64,000 nt of DNA, taken from an uncultured Solirubrobacterales bacterium. GTDB lineage: Bacteria; Actinomycetota; Thermoleophilia; Solirubrobacterales; 70-9. Both the position numbers and the translations under genes were made by a program. The notes under the pieces were generated by a model. The model saw nothing but the letters and a program-made list of their open reading frames with translations. It was not told the origin of the DNA and did not search any database. Position 1 is the first letter of the stretch. The number at the start of each line of letters is the position of its first letter. The stretch lies in NCBI GenBank assembly GCA_963824215.1, contig CAWGOE010000004.1, positions 137,629 to 201,628 of the forward strand. The letters are read 5' to 3'. Below are positions 51,603 through 61,267 of this stretch, in pieces.

Positions 51603-52565
51603 ATGTCAACCACTTCAACCGTGGCTCCCAAGCGCGTTCTGCTGGCCGCCCCGCGCGGCTACTGCGCCGGTGTCGATCGCGCCGTGCAGACGGTCGAGCG
51701 GGCGCTCGAGCACTACGGCGCCCCCATCTACGTGCGCAAAGAGATCGTCCACAACAAGCACGTGGTCGAGGAGCTCTCAAAGCGGGGCGCGATCTTCGTC
51801 GAGGAGGAGACCGAAGTGCCGGAGGGAGAGATGGTCGTCTTCTCCGCCCACGGCGTCGCCCCGGCCGTCCACGAGAACGCCGCCGCCCGCAACCTGCGCA
51901 CGATCGACGCCACCTGCCCCCTGGTCACCAAGGTCCACGTCTCGGCGCGCCGCTTCGCCGCCGACGGCTACACGATCGTGATGATCGGCCACCAAGGCCA
52001 CGAGGAGGTGGAAGGGACCACCGGTGAGGCGCCGGACAGCATCGTCCTGATCGAAACGGTTGACGAAGTCGAGAGCCTCGAGGTGCCGGACCCGACCAAG
52101 GTCGCCTTCATCACTCAGACGACGCTCTCGGTAGATGAGACGGCGGAGGTGATCGCCGCGCTGCGCGCCAAGTTCCCCGGCATAGTCAGCTCCAAGTCCG
52201 ACGACATCTGTTACGCGACGACCAACCGACAGATCGCGGTCAAGCAGCTGGCGCGCGAATGCGAGCTGGTGCTCGTGATCGGCTCGACCAACTCCTCCAA
52301 CTCCAACCGCCTGGTCGAGGTGGCGCGCGAACACGGCGCCGCCTCGCACCTGATCGACAACCACACCCAGGTTCAGGAGGAGTGGCTCGATGGGGTGGAG
52401 ACGGTCGGCATCACCTCCGGCGCCAGCGCCCCCGAGGAGCTGGTCGAGAGACTGGTCGAGCTCTTCCGCGAGCGTGGCGCCGACGACGTCTCCGAGTTGC
52501 GCACCGTCCACGAGGACGTGCGCTTCATGCTGCCGAAGAAGATTCGGGAAGTAGCTGTTGCTTAG
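51603..52565 (+). CDS. ispH: 4-hydroxy-3-methylbut-2-enyl diphosphate reductase
   Basis: [34 protein letters not shown] and SSNSNRL motifs. Confidence 0.92.
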   Translation: MSTTSTVAPKRVLLAAPRGYCAGVDRAVQTVERALEHYGAPIYVRKEIVHNKHVVEELSKRGAIFVEEETEVPEGEMVVFSAHGVAPAVHENAAARNLRTIDATCPLVTKVHVSARRFAADGYTIVMIGHQGHEEVEGTTGEAPDSIVLIETVDEVESLEVPDPTKVAFITQTTLSVDETAEVIAALRAKFPGIVSSKSDDICYATTNRQIAVKQLARECELVLVIGSTNSSNSNRLVEVAREHGAASHLIDNHTQVQEEWLDGVETVGITSGASAPEELVERLVELFRERGADDVSELRTVHEDVRFMLPKKIREVAVA

Positions 52566-52694
52566 GCCTTATAGGCGCACATCCAGGTACGGGCGACCGC
52601 CGATTGTGCGACAATACGTTTAGGTAGAGAGCTGTTGGTCCATCCAGCACCTCCGAGAGAAAGGCTCGCTTCGGCGGGCCTTTCTCGTGCATGA

Positions 52695-52726
52695 CGCCCC
52701 GGCGTCGCGAACGCTACGCCGGGGCG
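52695..52726 (-). terminator. GC-rich hairpin directly after mini-ORF 52732..52797
   Basis: cgccccggcgt (52695-52705) pairs with acgccggggcg (52716-52726): 11-bp perfect stem. No U-tract. Confidence 0.4.
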
Positions 52727-52731
52727 GGTAG

Positions 52732-52797
52732 CTATTGCCGAACGCTTTGGACAACCATCCAAAGCAGCAATAGGTAGAGAACTGCGATTGGGTCCAT
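52732..52797 (-). CDS. Candidate 21-aa hydrophobic mini-protein (MDPIAVLYLLLLWMVVQSVRQ)
   Basis: ATG 3 nt after AAAGGAGGGAAA (SD core about 6-7 nt from the ATG). TM-like core. Followed by a strong hairpin. Confidence 0.4.
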   Translation of the reverse strand: MDPIAVLYLLLLWMVVQSVRQ

Positions 52798-52862
52798 TTT
52801 CCCTCCTTTCTCTTGGGGACAAGCCGAGACGCCTGCCATGGCCAAGGGAGGGAGGGGACCCC

Positions 52863-52934
52863 GTGGACCCAGTTCTCCGCTACCGATTGTCTACCATACT
52901 AAAGGTTGCAGACGTTTTGTCTGCGCTACGTTAA
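52863..52934 (+). CDS. Candidate 23-aa mini-ORF (VDPVLRYRLSTILKVADVLSALR)
   Basis: GTG preceded by AAGGGAGGGAGGGGA. Begins with the same TGGACCC...AGTTCTC...TACC motif as the minus-strand mini-ORF. Weak support. Confidence 0.25.
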   Translation: MDPVLRYRLSTILKVADVLSALR

Positions 52935-53830
52935 GGCACGCCTGCCGCGAAGCTGACCGACCAGATCTTCAGGCCCGGCGAGGGGCGGAGGGTAAGGCGG
53001 TGCGCCTCATGGCGGGCGTGCTCTGCGAGTGAGTAGAGCGCCGGCTCGGTGACGTCGACTGTCTGTGCAGCGACGCCGTCTAGTTCGAACGCAAGCTCGC
53101 CCGTTCCCTCCACGGTGACGTGGACGCCGCCGGCCTCGTACTCGACCTCCAGCACCTCACCATCCTCACCGGCGGTCCAAGGCTGCTCCCAGGAGCCGCC
53201 AGGGAAGAGCTCGGGGGTGGGGGGCATGACCTTGGCCCCTGGCCCGTCCGTCGGCCGCAGGGGGTCCATCGGCGCCGGCAGCGTGCGCAGGGCATCCTGA
53301 TCGCGCAGCTCCTCCTGGATCGCTTCCTCGGTCGCCCGGTATTCGCCCTCGCCGAAGTGGACCCAGGTCAGGGCGCCGCCCAGCTTCCAGAGAAAAAGGC
53401 TGGGCCAGCCGGTGCAGCCGTAGGAGTGCCAAAGGCGTCGATTGGCGTCGATTGCGACGGGGAACTCGATGCCGAGCCGGTCCAGGCCGTCTGCAGCGGC
53501 GTCGCGGTCTGCGCCGAAGGGGAAGCGCGGCGCTTGCACGCCGATCGTGGTCAGGCCCTCCGGCCCGTAGCGCCTTGCCCACTCCGCGACATAGGGCAGC
53601 GTGCGCACGCTGTTGAGCTGAGCAAAGTCGAAGAAGTGGACCAGGGCGGGTCCGGCCGCGGTCGCGATCGGCATCGAGCGCGGCGCCTCGCCGATCCACT
53701 CGATCCCCTCGGGAAGGTCGGGCGCGGCGATGTTCTCTTGCTCGGGGCGCATCGGGGGAGGCGGGAAGTTATCTTGGGAAGCGATGATCGAGTTCCTGAT
53801 CGCCGCGATCCCGCTGCTGGTGCTCGTCAC
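52931..53830 (-). CDS. Thioredoxin-fold (redoxin/DipZ C-terminal-like) protein; no CxxC visible
   Basis: ALVHFFDFAQLNSVRTLPYV...LTTIGVQAPRFPF...GWPSLFLW resembles a thioredoxin-like fold. The start may be the internal MRPEQEN. Confidence 0.65.
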   Translation of the reverse strand: MTSTSSGIAAIRNSIIASQDNFPPPPMRPEQENIAAPDLPEGIEWIGEAPRSMPIATAAGPALVHFFDFAQLNSVRTLPYVAEWARRYGPEGLTTIGVQAPRFPFGADRDAAADGLDRLGIEFPVAIDANRRLWHSYGCTGWPSLFLWKLGGALTWVHFGEGEYRATEEAIQEELRDQDALRTLPAPMDPLRPTDGPGAKVMPPTPELFPGGSWEQPWTAGEDGEVLEVEYEAGGVHVTVEGTGELAFELDGVAAQTVDVTEPALYSLAEHARHEAHRLTLRPSPGLKIWSVSFAAGVP

Positions 53831-54020
53831 CTTCTTGCTGCTCGGCCGCTATCCCGGCGCCGAAGTGGCGATGCGTCTTGCCGAGCGGATCGCCTCGCGC
53901 GCCCGCTCGCTGGCCACAGCGGCGCGGAGCTGGCCCCGCCCGCGGCCGCCGGCCTCGCACGCCGTCCGGGGAGGCCTCCTCCTCGCCTTCGGCCTCTCCG
54001 GCCGCGCCCCTCCCGCCTGA
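53784..54020 (+). CDS. Small membrane protein
   Basis: MIEFLIAAIPLLVLVTFLLLG TM helix. Lies upstream of the lipoprotein / membrane-protein pair. Confidence 0.4.
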   Translation: MIEFLIAAIPLLVLVTFLLLGRYPGAEVAMRLAERIASRARSLATAARSWPRPRPPASHAVRGGLLLAFGLSGRAPPA

Positions 54021-54065
54021 TCGCTCTGCCCAGAGACCGTTCACCTCAAAGCGAGAGGAAGCTTC

Positions 54066-54482
54066 ATGATCCACGCAAAGAGGGCCCTGGCCCTGCTGCT
54101 TGCAGTTTTCGCCGTCGTCGGAGTCGCAGCCTGTGGAAGCGACGACGACAGCACGACGACCGCCGCGACCGCCGCGAGTGGCAACGAAAAGGCGACCACC
54201 CAGGAAGAAAGCCAGAAGCCGGCGACGCCGACGATCGTCGTCCGCAACGGCGAGCCGGTCGGCGGCGTGCAGGAGCTCGAGTACGACGCCGGCGATGAGA
54301 TCCGCTTCCGGGTCAGCTCGAACCAGGCCGACGAGGTCCACGTCCACGGCTACGACGTCGAGGAGGAGATCCCCGCTGGGGGTTCCGCCACGCTCGCCTT
54401 CCCGGCCGACATCGAAGGGATCTTCGAGGTCGAGCTGCACGGCAGCCAGACCCAGATCGCGGAGCTGCGCGTCAACCCGTGA
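54066..54482 (+). CDS. Lipoprotein (cupredoxin-like fold, tentative)
   Basis: Lipobox VGVAACGS. C-terminal beta-rich region EVHVHGYDVEEEIPAGGSATLAFPADIEGIFEVELHG. Overlaps the next gene. Confidence 0.65.
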   Translation: MIHAKRALALLLAVFAVVGVAACGSDDDSTTTAATAASGNEKATTQEESQKPATPTIVVRNGEPVGGVQELEYDAGDEIRFRVSSNQADEVHVHGYDVEEEIPAGGSATLAFPADIEGIFEVELHGSQTQIAELRVNP

Positions 54483-55873
54483 ACCTGCTGCCGATCGCGC
54501 ACGCGCTGGCCGCCCGGCAGGACCTGCCGATACCGGCCTGGCTGTTCGCCTGGGGGGCGTCGATCGTCCTGATCGTCTCCTTCTTCGCGCTCTCGGTCGG
54601 CTGGCGTGAGCCCCGCTTTGAGGGGGACCGTTGGCGTCCCCTCGGGGCGGGGCTCTCGCGGGTGCTGCTCAGCCCACCGGTCCAGATCCTCTGTGGCGCG
54701 ATCGGCGTCTTCCTCCTCGGCCTGGCGGTCTACTCGGGCCTGCGCGGCACCGAAGCACCCGATCGCAACTTCACCCTCACCTTCCTCTTCGTCACCTGCT
54801 GGCTCGGCTTCCCCCTCTTCAGCGTCCTGCTCGGCGACGTCTTCCGACCCTTCAATCCCTGGCGCGCGGTCGGCCGCGTAGCGGGCAGCGCCTTCACCGC
54901 GCTTGCCGGGCAGCGGCCGGCCCACGTCGCTTACCCGGCCTGGCTAGGCCGCTGGCCAGCCGCGATCGGCCTCGTCGCGGTCGTCTGGCTGGAGATCGTC
55001 TACGGCGTCAGCGGCGGTGTCGCCGTCGGCCTCTCTCCGCACCCTGCCGCCGTCGCGGTCCTCGTCTACACCGCTTACACGCTGACGATGATGGCCCTAT
55101 TCGGAACCGAGAAGTGGTGCCGGAACGGCGAGGTCTTCTCCGTCTACTTCGGCATGTTCTCCCAGCTCGGTTCCTTTGCCTTCAAGGACGGCAGGCTCGG
55201 CCGCCGTCGCCCGCTTGCCGCGGCGACCCACTGGGCGACCGTGCCCGGCTCGGCTGCGGTGGTGATCGCCTCGATCGCCACCACCAGCTTCGACGGCGCC
55301 TCGGAGGGGGCTCTGCTCAGCGCGCTCGAATGGACCTTCGAACGCTTCAGCGACGCCGACCTTGGCCTGACGACCGCGCTGCGCCTCACCGACACGATCT
55401 TCATCGGCCTCTGTGTCGCCGGCGTGACCCTGATCTACCTGATCGGCGTCTGGGGGATGTCGACCGTGGCCGGGGCGCCGCCCCTGCGCAAGCTCTGGAC
55501 CGGCTTCGCCCACACGCTGATCCCAATTGCAGTCGCCTACCTGGTCGCCCACTACTTCAGCCTCTTCGTTTTCCAGGAGCAGGCCCAGTTCACCTACCTC
55601 CTCTCCGACCCTCTCGGCACCGGTACGACCGATCTCTTCGGCACCGCTTCCACGGGCATCGATTTCCAGATACTCAGCGCGAACGCGATCTGGTACGTCC
55701 AGGTCGGCGCCCTCGTCGTCGGGCATGTGATCGCGCTGACGCTTGCCCACGATCGCGCCACGGCTTACTGGGGGGACTACCGTCAGGCGGCGCGCTCGCA
55801 GTACTGGATGCTGGCAGTGATGGTGGCCTTCACCTGTTTTGGCTTGTATCTGCTCTCAGTTGCCAACGCCTAG
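54479..55873 (+). CDS. Polytopic membrane protein (about 10-12 TM)
   Basis: 464-aa hydrophobic ORF translationally coupled to the lipoprotein gene. Confidence 0.7.
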   Translation: MNLLPIAHALAARQDLPIPAWLFAWGASIVLIVSFFALSVGWREPRFEGDRWRPLGAGLSRVLLSPPVQILCGAIGVFLLGLAVYSGLRGTEAPDRNFTLTFLFVTCWLGFPLFSVLLGDVFRPFNPWRAVGRVAGSAFTALAGQRPAHVAYPAWLGRWPAAIGLVAVVWLEIVYGVSGGVAVGLSPHPAAVAVLVYTAYTLTMMALFGTEKWCRNGEVFSVYFGMFSQLGSFAFKDGRLGRRRPLAAATHWATVPGSAAVVIASIATTSFDGASEGALLSALEWTFERFSDADLGLTTALRLTDTIFIGLCVAGVTLIYLIGVWGMSTVAGAPPLRKLWTGFAHTLIPIAVAYLVAHYFSLFVFQEQAQFTYLLSDPLGTGTTDLFGTASTGIDFQILSANAIWYVQVGALVVGHVIALTLAHDRATAYWGDYRQAARSQYWMLAVMVAFTCFGLYLLSVANA

Positions 55874-55911
55874 AAGACCGCTGCGGGCCGGAGACTTTTC
55901 AGCGGTCTTCT
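55872..55911 (+). terminator. Hairpin at the stop of 54479..55873
   Basis: agaagaccgctg (55872-55883) pairs with cagcggtcttct (55900-55911): 12-bp stem. Confidence 0.55.
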
Positions 55912-56050
55912 AGGTCCTAGAGGGCGTTTAACAGCGGAGGATGCGGGAATCCGTAGAAGTACCCGTGGCCGAATGGCGGTTTTCTACTGATGCCAGCGGG
56001 CGCCCTGAGTGGTCTACTAGGGCTTGAGGTTTGCGAGTCACAGATTCTCC

Positions 56051-56104
56051 GTTTCTCCCCATAGTTTCTCCCCATACATAGTCCCCCATAAGTTCCCTCC
56101 CATA
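56051..56104. repeat. Short tandem repeat (2 perfect 13-mers gtttctccccata plus 2 degenerate 14-mers)
   Basis: gtttctccccata at 56051-56063 and 56064-56076, then catagtcccccata and agttccctcccata. Confidence 0.8.
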
Positions 56105-56161
56105 AGTAAGAAACAGCATCGAGGTCGCCGGACATATCAGCCATTCCGACGGCCTCGATGC
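56104..56161 (-). terminator. Rho-independent-type terminator of sufD
   Basis: 17-bp arms 56116-56132 / 56145-56161 (2 G:U-type mismatches), followed on the minus strand by tgtttcttactt. Confidence 0.65.
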
Positions 56162-56200
56162 AATTAGCTGGGATGGGCTTGAGGGGCGCGGCGAAGACAG

Positions 56201-57361
56201 CTAGAGGATCTCGCCGAGCCGGCGCTCGAGCGCCGCCGAGACCTCGTCCCGGACCGGTCCCTCGGCGAGGCGTTCGACCAGCGACTCGAGGAAGCCCTCG
56301 ATGATCACCTGCTTGGCCGTCGCCGGATCGAGCCCGCGCGAGGTCAAGTAGAAGAGCTGGTCGCGGTCGATCTGGGCAATCGCCGCGGCGTGGGTGCAGC
56401 GGACGTCGTCGGCTTCGATCTCGAGGCCGGGGATCGCATCTGCGTGGGCCTCGGGGGAGAGCAGCAGGTTGCGGCTCTCCTGGAAGGCGTCGGTCCCCTG
56501 GGCGCCGGGGTCGACGCGGATCATCCCCCGCCAGACGGCGGTCGAGCCAGCGGCGAGGACGCCGCGGAAGGCGAGGTCGGAGAAGGTGTTCGGTGCCGCG
56601 TGCTCCTGCGTCGTGTCGTAGTCGAGGTGCTGGCCGGGACCGCTGGCGTAGCCGCCGGTCACCCGCGCCTCGGAGCCCGGGCCCGCGAGGTTGGTCTCCA
56701 TCCGCACCTTGCCGCGCCCCGAGCCAAAGCCGAGCGCGGTCCAGTCAAGCCGGCCGTCGCGCTCCACCTGCGCCCGCTGGCTTGAGAAGATCCAGGCGCG
56801 CTCGGAAATGTCCTGGGTCGAGACGTAGCGCAGGGTCGCGGCCTGGCCGACGTGCAGCTCGACCACCGAGTTGAGCAGGGCGTCGGTCTCGTCGTTCGCG
56901 GAGCCGCTGTGCTCCCAGACCTCCGCCTCGGCGCCCTCCTCGAGCACGACCAGCGTGCGCCAGGAGACCGCCGTGCCGTCCTCGTCGAGCGGCAGCTCGA
57001 CTTTGATCGGATCGACGACCGTGACCCCGGCTGGCACGTGGACCAGGACGCCGTCGCGCCAGCTCGCCTCGTTGCGGGCGACGAAGGGGTCCTCCGCCGG
57101 CACCAGCGAGCCGAGCCGCTCGCGCAGCAGCTCTCCGTGGCTCTCGAGCGCCTCGGCGAGCGGCAGCACGATGGCGCCCTCGACGCCCTCCACCGCAGCG
57201 ACGGGCGTCGCTGCCGCGTAGGCATCGAGATCGAGCGTCGCGAGGTCGGTGAATTCCCAGCCCTTCGCCTTCTGGTCGGGAAGGGGGAGGCTCTGCGTGA
57301 GAGAGGCGCCCCGCTGGCGCCTCTCGTCCAACCAGCTCGGCTCGGTCGCTACCTCAGCCAA
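56201..57361 (-). CDS. sufD: Fe-S cluster assembly protein SufD
   Basis: 386 aa with the SufBD-family C-terminal beta-helix region. Overlaps the sufB stop. Confidence 0.88.
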   Translation of the reverse strand: MAEVATEPSWLDERRQRGASLTQSLPLPDQKAKGWEFTDLATLDLDAYAAATPVAAVEGVEGAIVLPLAEALESHGELLRERLGSLVPAEDPFVARNEASWRDGVLVHVPAGVTVVDPIKVELPLDEDGTAVSWRTLVVLEEGAEAEVWEHSGSANDETDALLNSVVELHVGQAATLRYVSTQDISERAWIFSSQRAQVERDGRLDWTALGFGSGRGKVRMETNLAGPGSEARVTGGYASGPGQHLDYDTTQEHAAPNTFSDLAFRGVLAAGSTAVWRGMIRVDPGAQGTDAFQESRNLLLSPEAHADAIPGLEIEADDVRCTHAAAIAQIDRDQLFYLTSRGLDPATAKQVIIEGFLESLVERLAEGPVRDEVSAALERRLGEIL

Positions 57362-58787
57362 TGGAGCCCTCCATCTGCAGCTCTATGAGTCGATTCAGCT
57401 CGACCGCGTACTCCATCGGCAGCTCTTTGGTGACCGGCTCGATGAAGCCGTTGACGATCATCTTCGAGGCCTCTTCCTCGTCGAGCCCGTGGCTCTGCAG
57501 GTAGAAGATCTGCTCGTCGCCGATTTTGGACACGGTTGCCTCGTGGCCGACGTCAGCGTCGTTCTCGCCGATCCGGATCGTCGGGTAGGTGTCCGAGCGC
57601 GAGTCCTCGTCGAGCAGCAGCGCGTCGCAGACGACCTTGGAGCGCGACTCACTCGCTCCGTCGGCGACTTCGAGCAGGCCGCGGTAGGTCGCCCGCCCGC
57701 CGTCCTTGGAGATCGACTTGGAGAAGATCGAGGACGACGTGCGCGGGGCGGCGTGGATGATCTTGCCGCCGGCATCCTGGTGCTGACCCTCGCCGGCGAA
57801 GGCGATCGAGAGGATCTCGCCGTGGGCTTCGGGCCCGAGCAGGTAGATCGACGGGTACTTCATCGTCAACTTCGAGCCGAGGTTGCAGTCGACCCACTCC
57901 ATCGTCGCCTTCTCGTGAGCGACGGCGCGCTTGGTGACCAGGTTGAAGACGTTCTGCGACCAGTTCTGCACGGTCGTGTAGCGGACGCGTGAGCTCGGCT
58001 TGGCGACGATCTCGACCACGGCGGAGTGCAGCGAGTCGGTCGAGTAGACCGGCGCCGTGCAGCCCTCGATGTAGTGGACGTCGGAGCCCTCCTCGGCAAT
58101 GATCAGCGTCCGCTCGAACTGGCCCATGTTCTCGGTGTTGATCCGGAAGTAGGCCTGCAGCGGCATCTCCACCTTGACCCCAGCTGGCACGTAGACAAAG
58201 GAGCCGCCCGACCAGACGGCCGAGTTGAGCGCCGCCAGTTTGTTGTCGTTGGGCGGGATGATCGTCGCCCAGTACTCGCGGACGAGGTCCTCGTGCTCGC
58301 GCAGCGCCGTGTCCATGTCGGTGAAGATCACGCCCTGGGCCTCGAGCTTCTCGTTGACCTGGTGGTAGACGACCTCGGACTCGTACTGGGCGCCCACCCC
58401 GGAGAGGAATTTGCGCTCCGCCTCGGGAATGCCGAGCCGGTCGAAGGTGTTTTTGATGTCCTCGGGGACCTCGCTCCAGTCGCGGCTGTTCTTTTCCGAG
58501 GCGCGGACGAAGTAATGGATGTCGTCGAAGTCGATCTGGCCGAGGTTGCCGCCCCAGGTTGGGGTCGGGCGCGAATAGAAGTGCTCCAGCGCCTTCAGCC
58601 GGAAGTCGCGCATCCACTGCGGCTCGTCCTTGTACTCGGAGATCGATTCGACCACCTCGCGTGAGAGGCCCTTCGGCGCTTTGTAGGCGTAGCCGCTCTC
58701 GGGATCGTGGAAGCCGAACTTCTCCTTGTAGTCGGCGTTGATCCCGGCAAGCTCTCTTTTCTCTGCGACTGCCTCTGGCGTTGCCAT
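57354..58787 (-). CDS. sufB: Fe-S cluster assembly scaffold SufB
   Basis: [28 protein letters not shown]...[16 protein letters not shown]... Start at the internal Met. Confidence 0.92.
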   Translation of the reverse strand: MATPEAVAEKRELAGINADYKEKFGFHDPESGYAYKAPKGLSREVVESISEYKDEPQWMRDFRLKALEHFYSRPTPTWGGNLGQIDFDDIHYFVRASEKNSRDWSEVPEDIKNTFDRLGIPEAERKFLSGVGAQYESEVVYHQVNEKLEAQGVIFTDMDTALREHEDLVREYWATIIPPNDNKLAALNSAVWSGGSFVYVPAGVKVEMPLQAYFRINTENMGQFERTLIIAEEGSDVHYIEGCTAPVYSTDSLHSAVVEIVAKPSSRVRYTTVQNWSQNVFNLVTKRAVAHEKATMEWVDCNLGSKLTMKYPSIYLLGPEAHGEILSIAFAGEGQHQDAGGKIIHAAPRTSSSIFSKSISKDGGRATYRGLLEVADGASESRSKVVCDALLLDEDSRSDTYPTIRIGENDADVGHEATVSKIGDEQIFYLQSHGLDEEEASKMIVNGFIEPVTKELPMEYAVELNRLIELQMEGSIG

Positions 58788-58789
58788 GA

Positions 58790-59116
58790 TCAGACCTCCA
58801 AGACGATGGTGTCGCCCACGACGGCCGTCGTGAACGTCCGTACCGGAGCATAGGCGGGGAGCGTCTTCGGCCTGCCGGTGGTCAGGTCGAAGAGGGAACC
58901 GTGGCGGGGGCACTCGACGGTGCAGGTGGCGGCGTCGAACTCGCCCTCGGCGAGCGGGCCGTCGTCGTGCGAGCAGCGATCCTCGATCGCGTACAGCGTC
59001 CCGTCGCAGTTGAAGACCCCGATCTTCGTCTCGTCGTGCTCAACCAGGCGCATCGCGCCGGGCGGCAGCTCGGCGAGCGGGCAGACGGGGATTGAGGTTC
59101 CAGCGGTGTCGGTCAA
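58790..59116 (-). CDS. Rieske [2Fe-2S] domain protein
   Basis: CSHDDGPL and CPRHGSLF (CxH...CxxH). Confidence 0.85.
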   Translation of the reverse strand: MTDTAGTSIPVCPLAELPPGAMRLVEHDETKIGVFNCDGTLYAIEDRCSHDDGPLAEGEFDAATCTVECPRHGSLFDLTTGRPKTLPAYAPVRTFTTAVVGDTIVLEV

Positions 59117-59229
59117 GAGGGTCCTTCTCGCGCGCTCTCCGCGGCGCGCTCGTGCGGGTTGAGACTAATCCTACTTACAAGGTCGGATTTTAGCGACGTG
59201 AGAGGATCGGTCGAACGAGCCTTCGACGA

Positions 59230-60039
59230 ATGGAGACGCAAATGAGCGAGCGGACCAGTTACGCGCCAGGGACCCCTTGCTGGGTCGACCTCGGGACCCC
59301 TGACATCGAGGCGGCCGTCGATTTCTATGGCGGCCTCTTCGGTTGGGACGTGCCCGAGACTGAGACCGCCGAGCAGACCGGCGGCTACCGCCAGGCGATG
59401 CTGCGTGGCAAGCCGGTGGCCGGGGTGATGCCGCTGATGCAGGAGGGGCAGCCGCCCGCCTGGAGCAGCTACGTCTCGGTGGACGACGCCGACGCGACCG
59501 CCGCCAAGGTCACCGATGCCGGTGGGACCGTGATCGCCGAGCCGATGGAAGTGCTCGACCTCGGCAAGATGGCGGTCTTCGCCGACCCGACCGGGGCTGT
59601 CTTCGGGATCTGGCAGCCGGGCACGTTCATCGGCGCTGAAATCGTCACCGAGCCGGGCGCGCTCTCCTGGAACGAGCTCAACACCCGCGACCCCGGGTCC
59701 GCCAAGGCCTTCTACGGGGCGGTCTTCGGCTGGGGGTTCGAAGACAACGACATGGGGGAGATGGGGACCTACACGACGCTGAAATTGGGCGACGACATGG
59801 TCGGCGGGATGCTCGACATGGGGCCGCGTGGCGTTCCCGAGCAGGTCCCGGCTCACTGGCAGGTCTACTTTGCCGTCGAGGACACGGACGCGACCGTCGA
59901 GCAGGCCAAGGGCGCCGGCGGCAGCGTGATGGTCGAGCCGATGGTGGTCCCGGCCGGTCGCTTCGCGATCCTCACCGACCCGCACGGAGCGAGCTTTGCG
60001 GTGATCACGCTCAGCGAAGGGACGGGGGAAAACGCGTAA
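59230..60039 (+). CDS. Two-domain VOC/glyoxalase-family protein
   Basis: PCWVDLGTPDIEAAVDFYGGLFGW and a second repeat LSWNELNTRDPGSAKAFYGAVFGW. Confidence 0.82.
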   Translation: METQMSERTSYAPGTPCWVDLGTPDIEAAVDFYGGLFGWDVPETETAEQTGGYRQAMLRGKPVAGVMPLMQEGQPPAWSSYVSVDDADATAAKVTDAGGTVIAEPMEVLDLGKMAVFADPTGAVFGIWQPGTFIGAEIVTEPGALSWNELNTRDPGSAKAFYGAVFGWGFEDNDMGEMGTYTTLKLGDDMVGGMLDMGPRGVPEQVPAHWQVYFAVEDTDATVEQAKGAGGSVMVEPMVVPAGRFAILTDPHGASFAVITLSEGTGENA

Positions 60040-60048
60040 GCGCCGCGG

Positions 60049-60486
60049 TTAGGACGAGCCGAGATCGGCGGCCGCTTCTGTCGGGTCGCCGGTCTCGCCC
60101 TCGTCCTCCCATTCGGCTGACTGGCCGAGGCTGGCGCTCTTGACCACCTTGAGGCCGAGCATCGCGCACTTCATCCGCGTCGCAGAGATCTCGATCCCGA
60201 GCAGGTCGAGCACCTCCTCTTTGGGCAGCGCCAACAGCTCCTCGCGCGTCTTGCCGACCAGCTCGTCGGTCAGCAGCGAAGTCGCCGCGGTCGAGATCGC
60301 GCAGCCCTGGCCCTCGAAGGCGATCTCCGCCACGCGCCCGTCCTCGTCGAGGCGGATCGTCACGTGCTGCTCGTCGCCGCAGAACGGGTTGGTGTCCTCG
60401 AACTCGAGGTCGGCGTTCTCGAGCCGGCCGAAGTTGTGCGGCCGCTTGTAGTGCTCGAGGATCTGCTCTCTGTACAGCTCATCCAT
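60049..60486 (-). CDS. sufU: SufU/IscU-like sulfur acceptor
   Basis: LYREQILEHYKRPHNFG, NPFCGD, GQGCAIS and MKCAMLG motifs. Start at the internal Met. Confidence 0.88.
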   Translation of the reverse strand: MDELYREQILEHYKRPHNFGRLENADLEFEDTNPFCGDEQHVTIRLDEDGRVAEIAFEGQGCAISTAATSLLTDELVGKTREELLALPKEEVLDLLGIEISATRMKCAMLGLKVVKSASLGQSAEWEDEGETGDPTEAAADLGSS

Positions 60487-60559
60487 GGCTTCGAGGCTAG
60501 CGAAGGTCGCTACGGTGATCTGTGAGCCACGACCGTCACGACCCGCGAAGGAGCAATCC

Positions 60560-61222
60560 ATGGAGCTACCGCAGATCGTCACCGAGGAGGAGTGGCAGCG
60601 CTCCCATGAGGCCCTGCTGGCCAAGGAGAAAGAGGCGACCCGGGCCAGCGACGCACTTGCAGCCGAGCGCCGTCGCCAGCCGATGATGGAGGTCTCGGCC
60701 GATTACGAGTTCGAGGGTCCCGAGGGGAGGCGAACGCTCGCCGAGCTCTTCGACGGCCGCCGCCAGCTGATCGTCTACCACTTCTGGTTCCCGCCGGACG
60801 GGACTCCCTGCGGCGGCTGCACGATGTTCACCGACCAAGTCAGCGAGCTCACCCACCTCAACGCCCGCGACACCTCGTTCGCGCTCGTCTCCCGCGCGCC
60901 CCAGCCGCAGATTGAGGCGTACAAGGAGCGCATGGGCTGGACGATCCCCTGGTACACGGTGGTCGGCGAGGGCTTCCAGGAGGCGTGCGGGACGACCGAG
61001 TACTTCGCCCTCGACATCTTCCTGCGCGACGGCGACCGGGTCTTCCTCACCTACGCGACCACCAGCCGCGGGGTCGAGGCCCTGGGCAGCGTCTGGACCT
61101 TCCTCGACCTGACCCCGCTCGGTCGCCAGGAGAAGTGGGAGGACACGCCCCCCGGTCGCCCGCAGGGCCCTGCGTACAAATGGTGGCGCCGGCACGACGA
61201 ATACGACTCACCGGCGACGTAG
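60560..61222 (+). CDS. DUF899 thioredoxin-like protein
   Basis: EEWQRSHEALLAKEKEATRASDALAAERRRQPM...CGGCTMF fits the DUF899 pattern. Confidence 0.75.
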   Translation: MELPQIVTEEEWQRSHEALLAKEKEATRASDALAAERRRQPMMEVSADYEFEGPEGRRTLAELFDGRRQLIVYHFWFPPDGTPCGGCTMFTDQVSELTHLNARDTSFALVSRAPQPQIEAYKERMGWTIPWYTVVGEGFQEACGTTEYFALDIFLRDGDRVFLTYATTSRGVEALGSVWTFLDLTPLGRQEKWEDTPPGRPQGPAYKWWRRHDEYDSPAT

Positions 61223-61267
61223 CCGACATTGACCCCACCCCAGTGGGGTGAAAGTCGGAAGCGTGGC

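Noticed and set aside
50266-51981. 571-aa plus-strand ORF spanning the WS/DGAT and ispH loci
   Set aside because: Antisense to WS/DGAT (which carries HHxxxDG) and out of frame with ispH. Low-complexity product.
52562-52822. 86-aa minus-strand ORF in the ispH downstream region
   Set aside because: It runs through two strong hairpins and has no RBS. The short SD-preceded mini-ORFs explain the region better.
53120-54298. 392-aa plus-strand ORF
   Set aside because: Antisense to the thioredoxin-fold gene and out of frame with the lipoprotein gene. Arg/Pro/Gly-rich composition.
56051-56104. Possible CRISPR array
   Set aside because: The units are 13-14 nt, directly abutting with no spacers, and only four are present. 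No cas genes occur in the window. No other spacer-repeat pattern was seen anywhere in the window.
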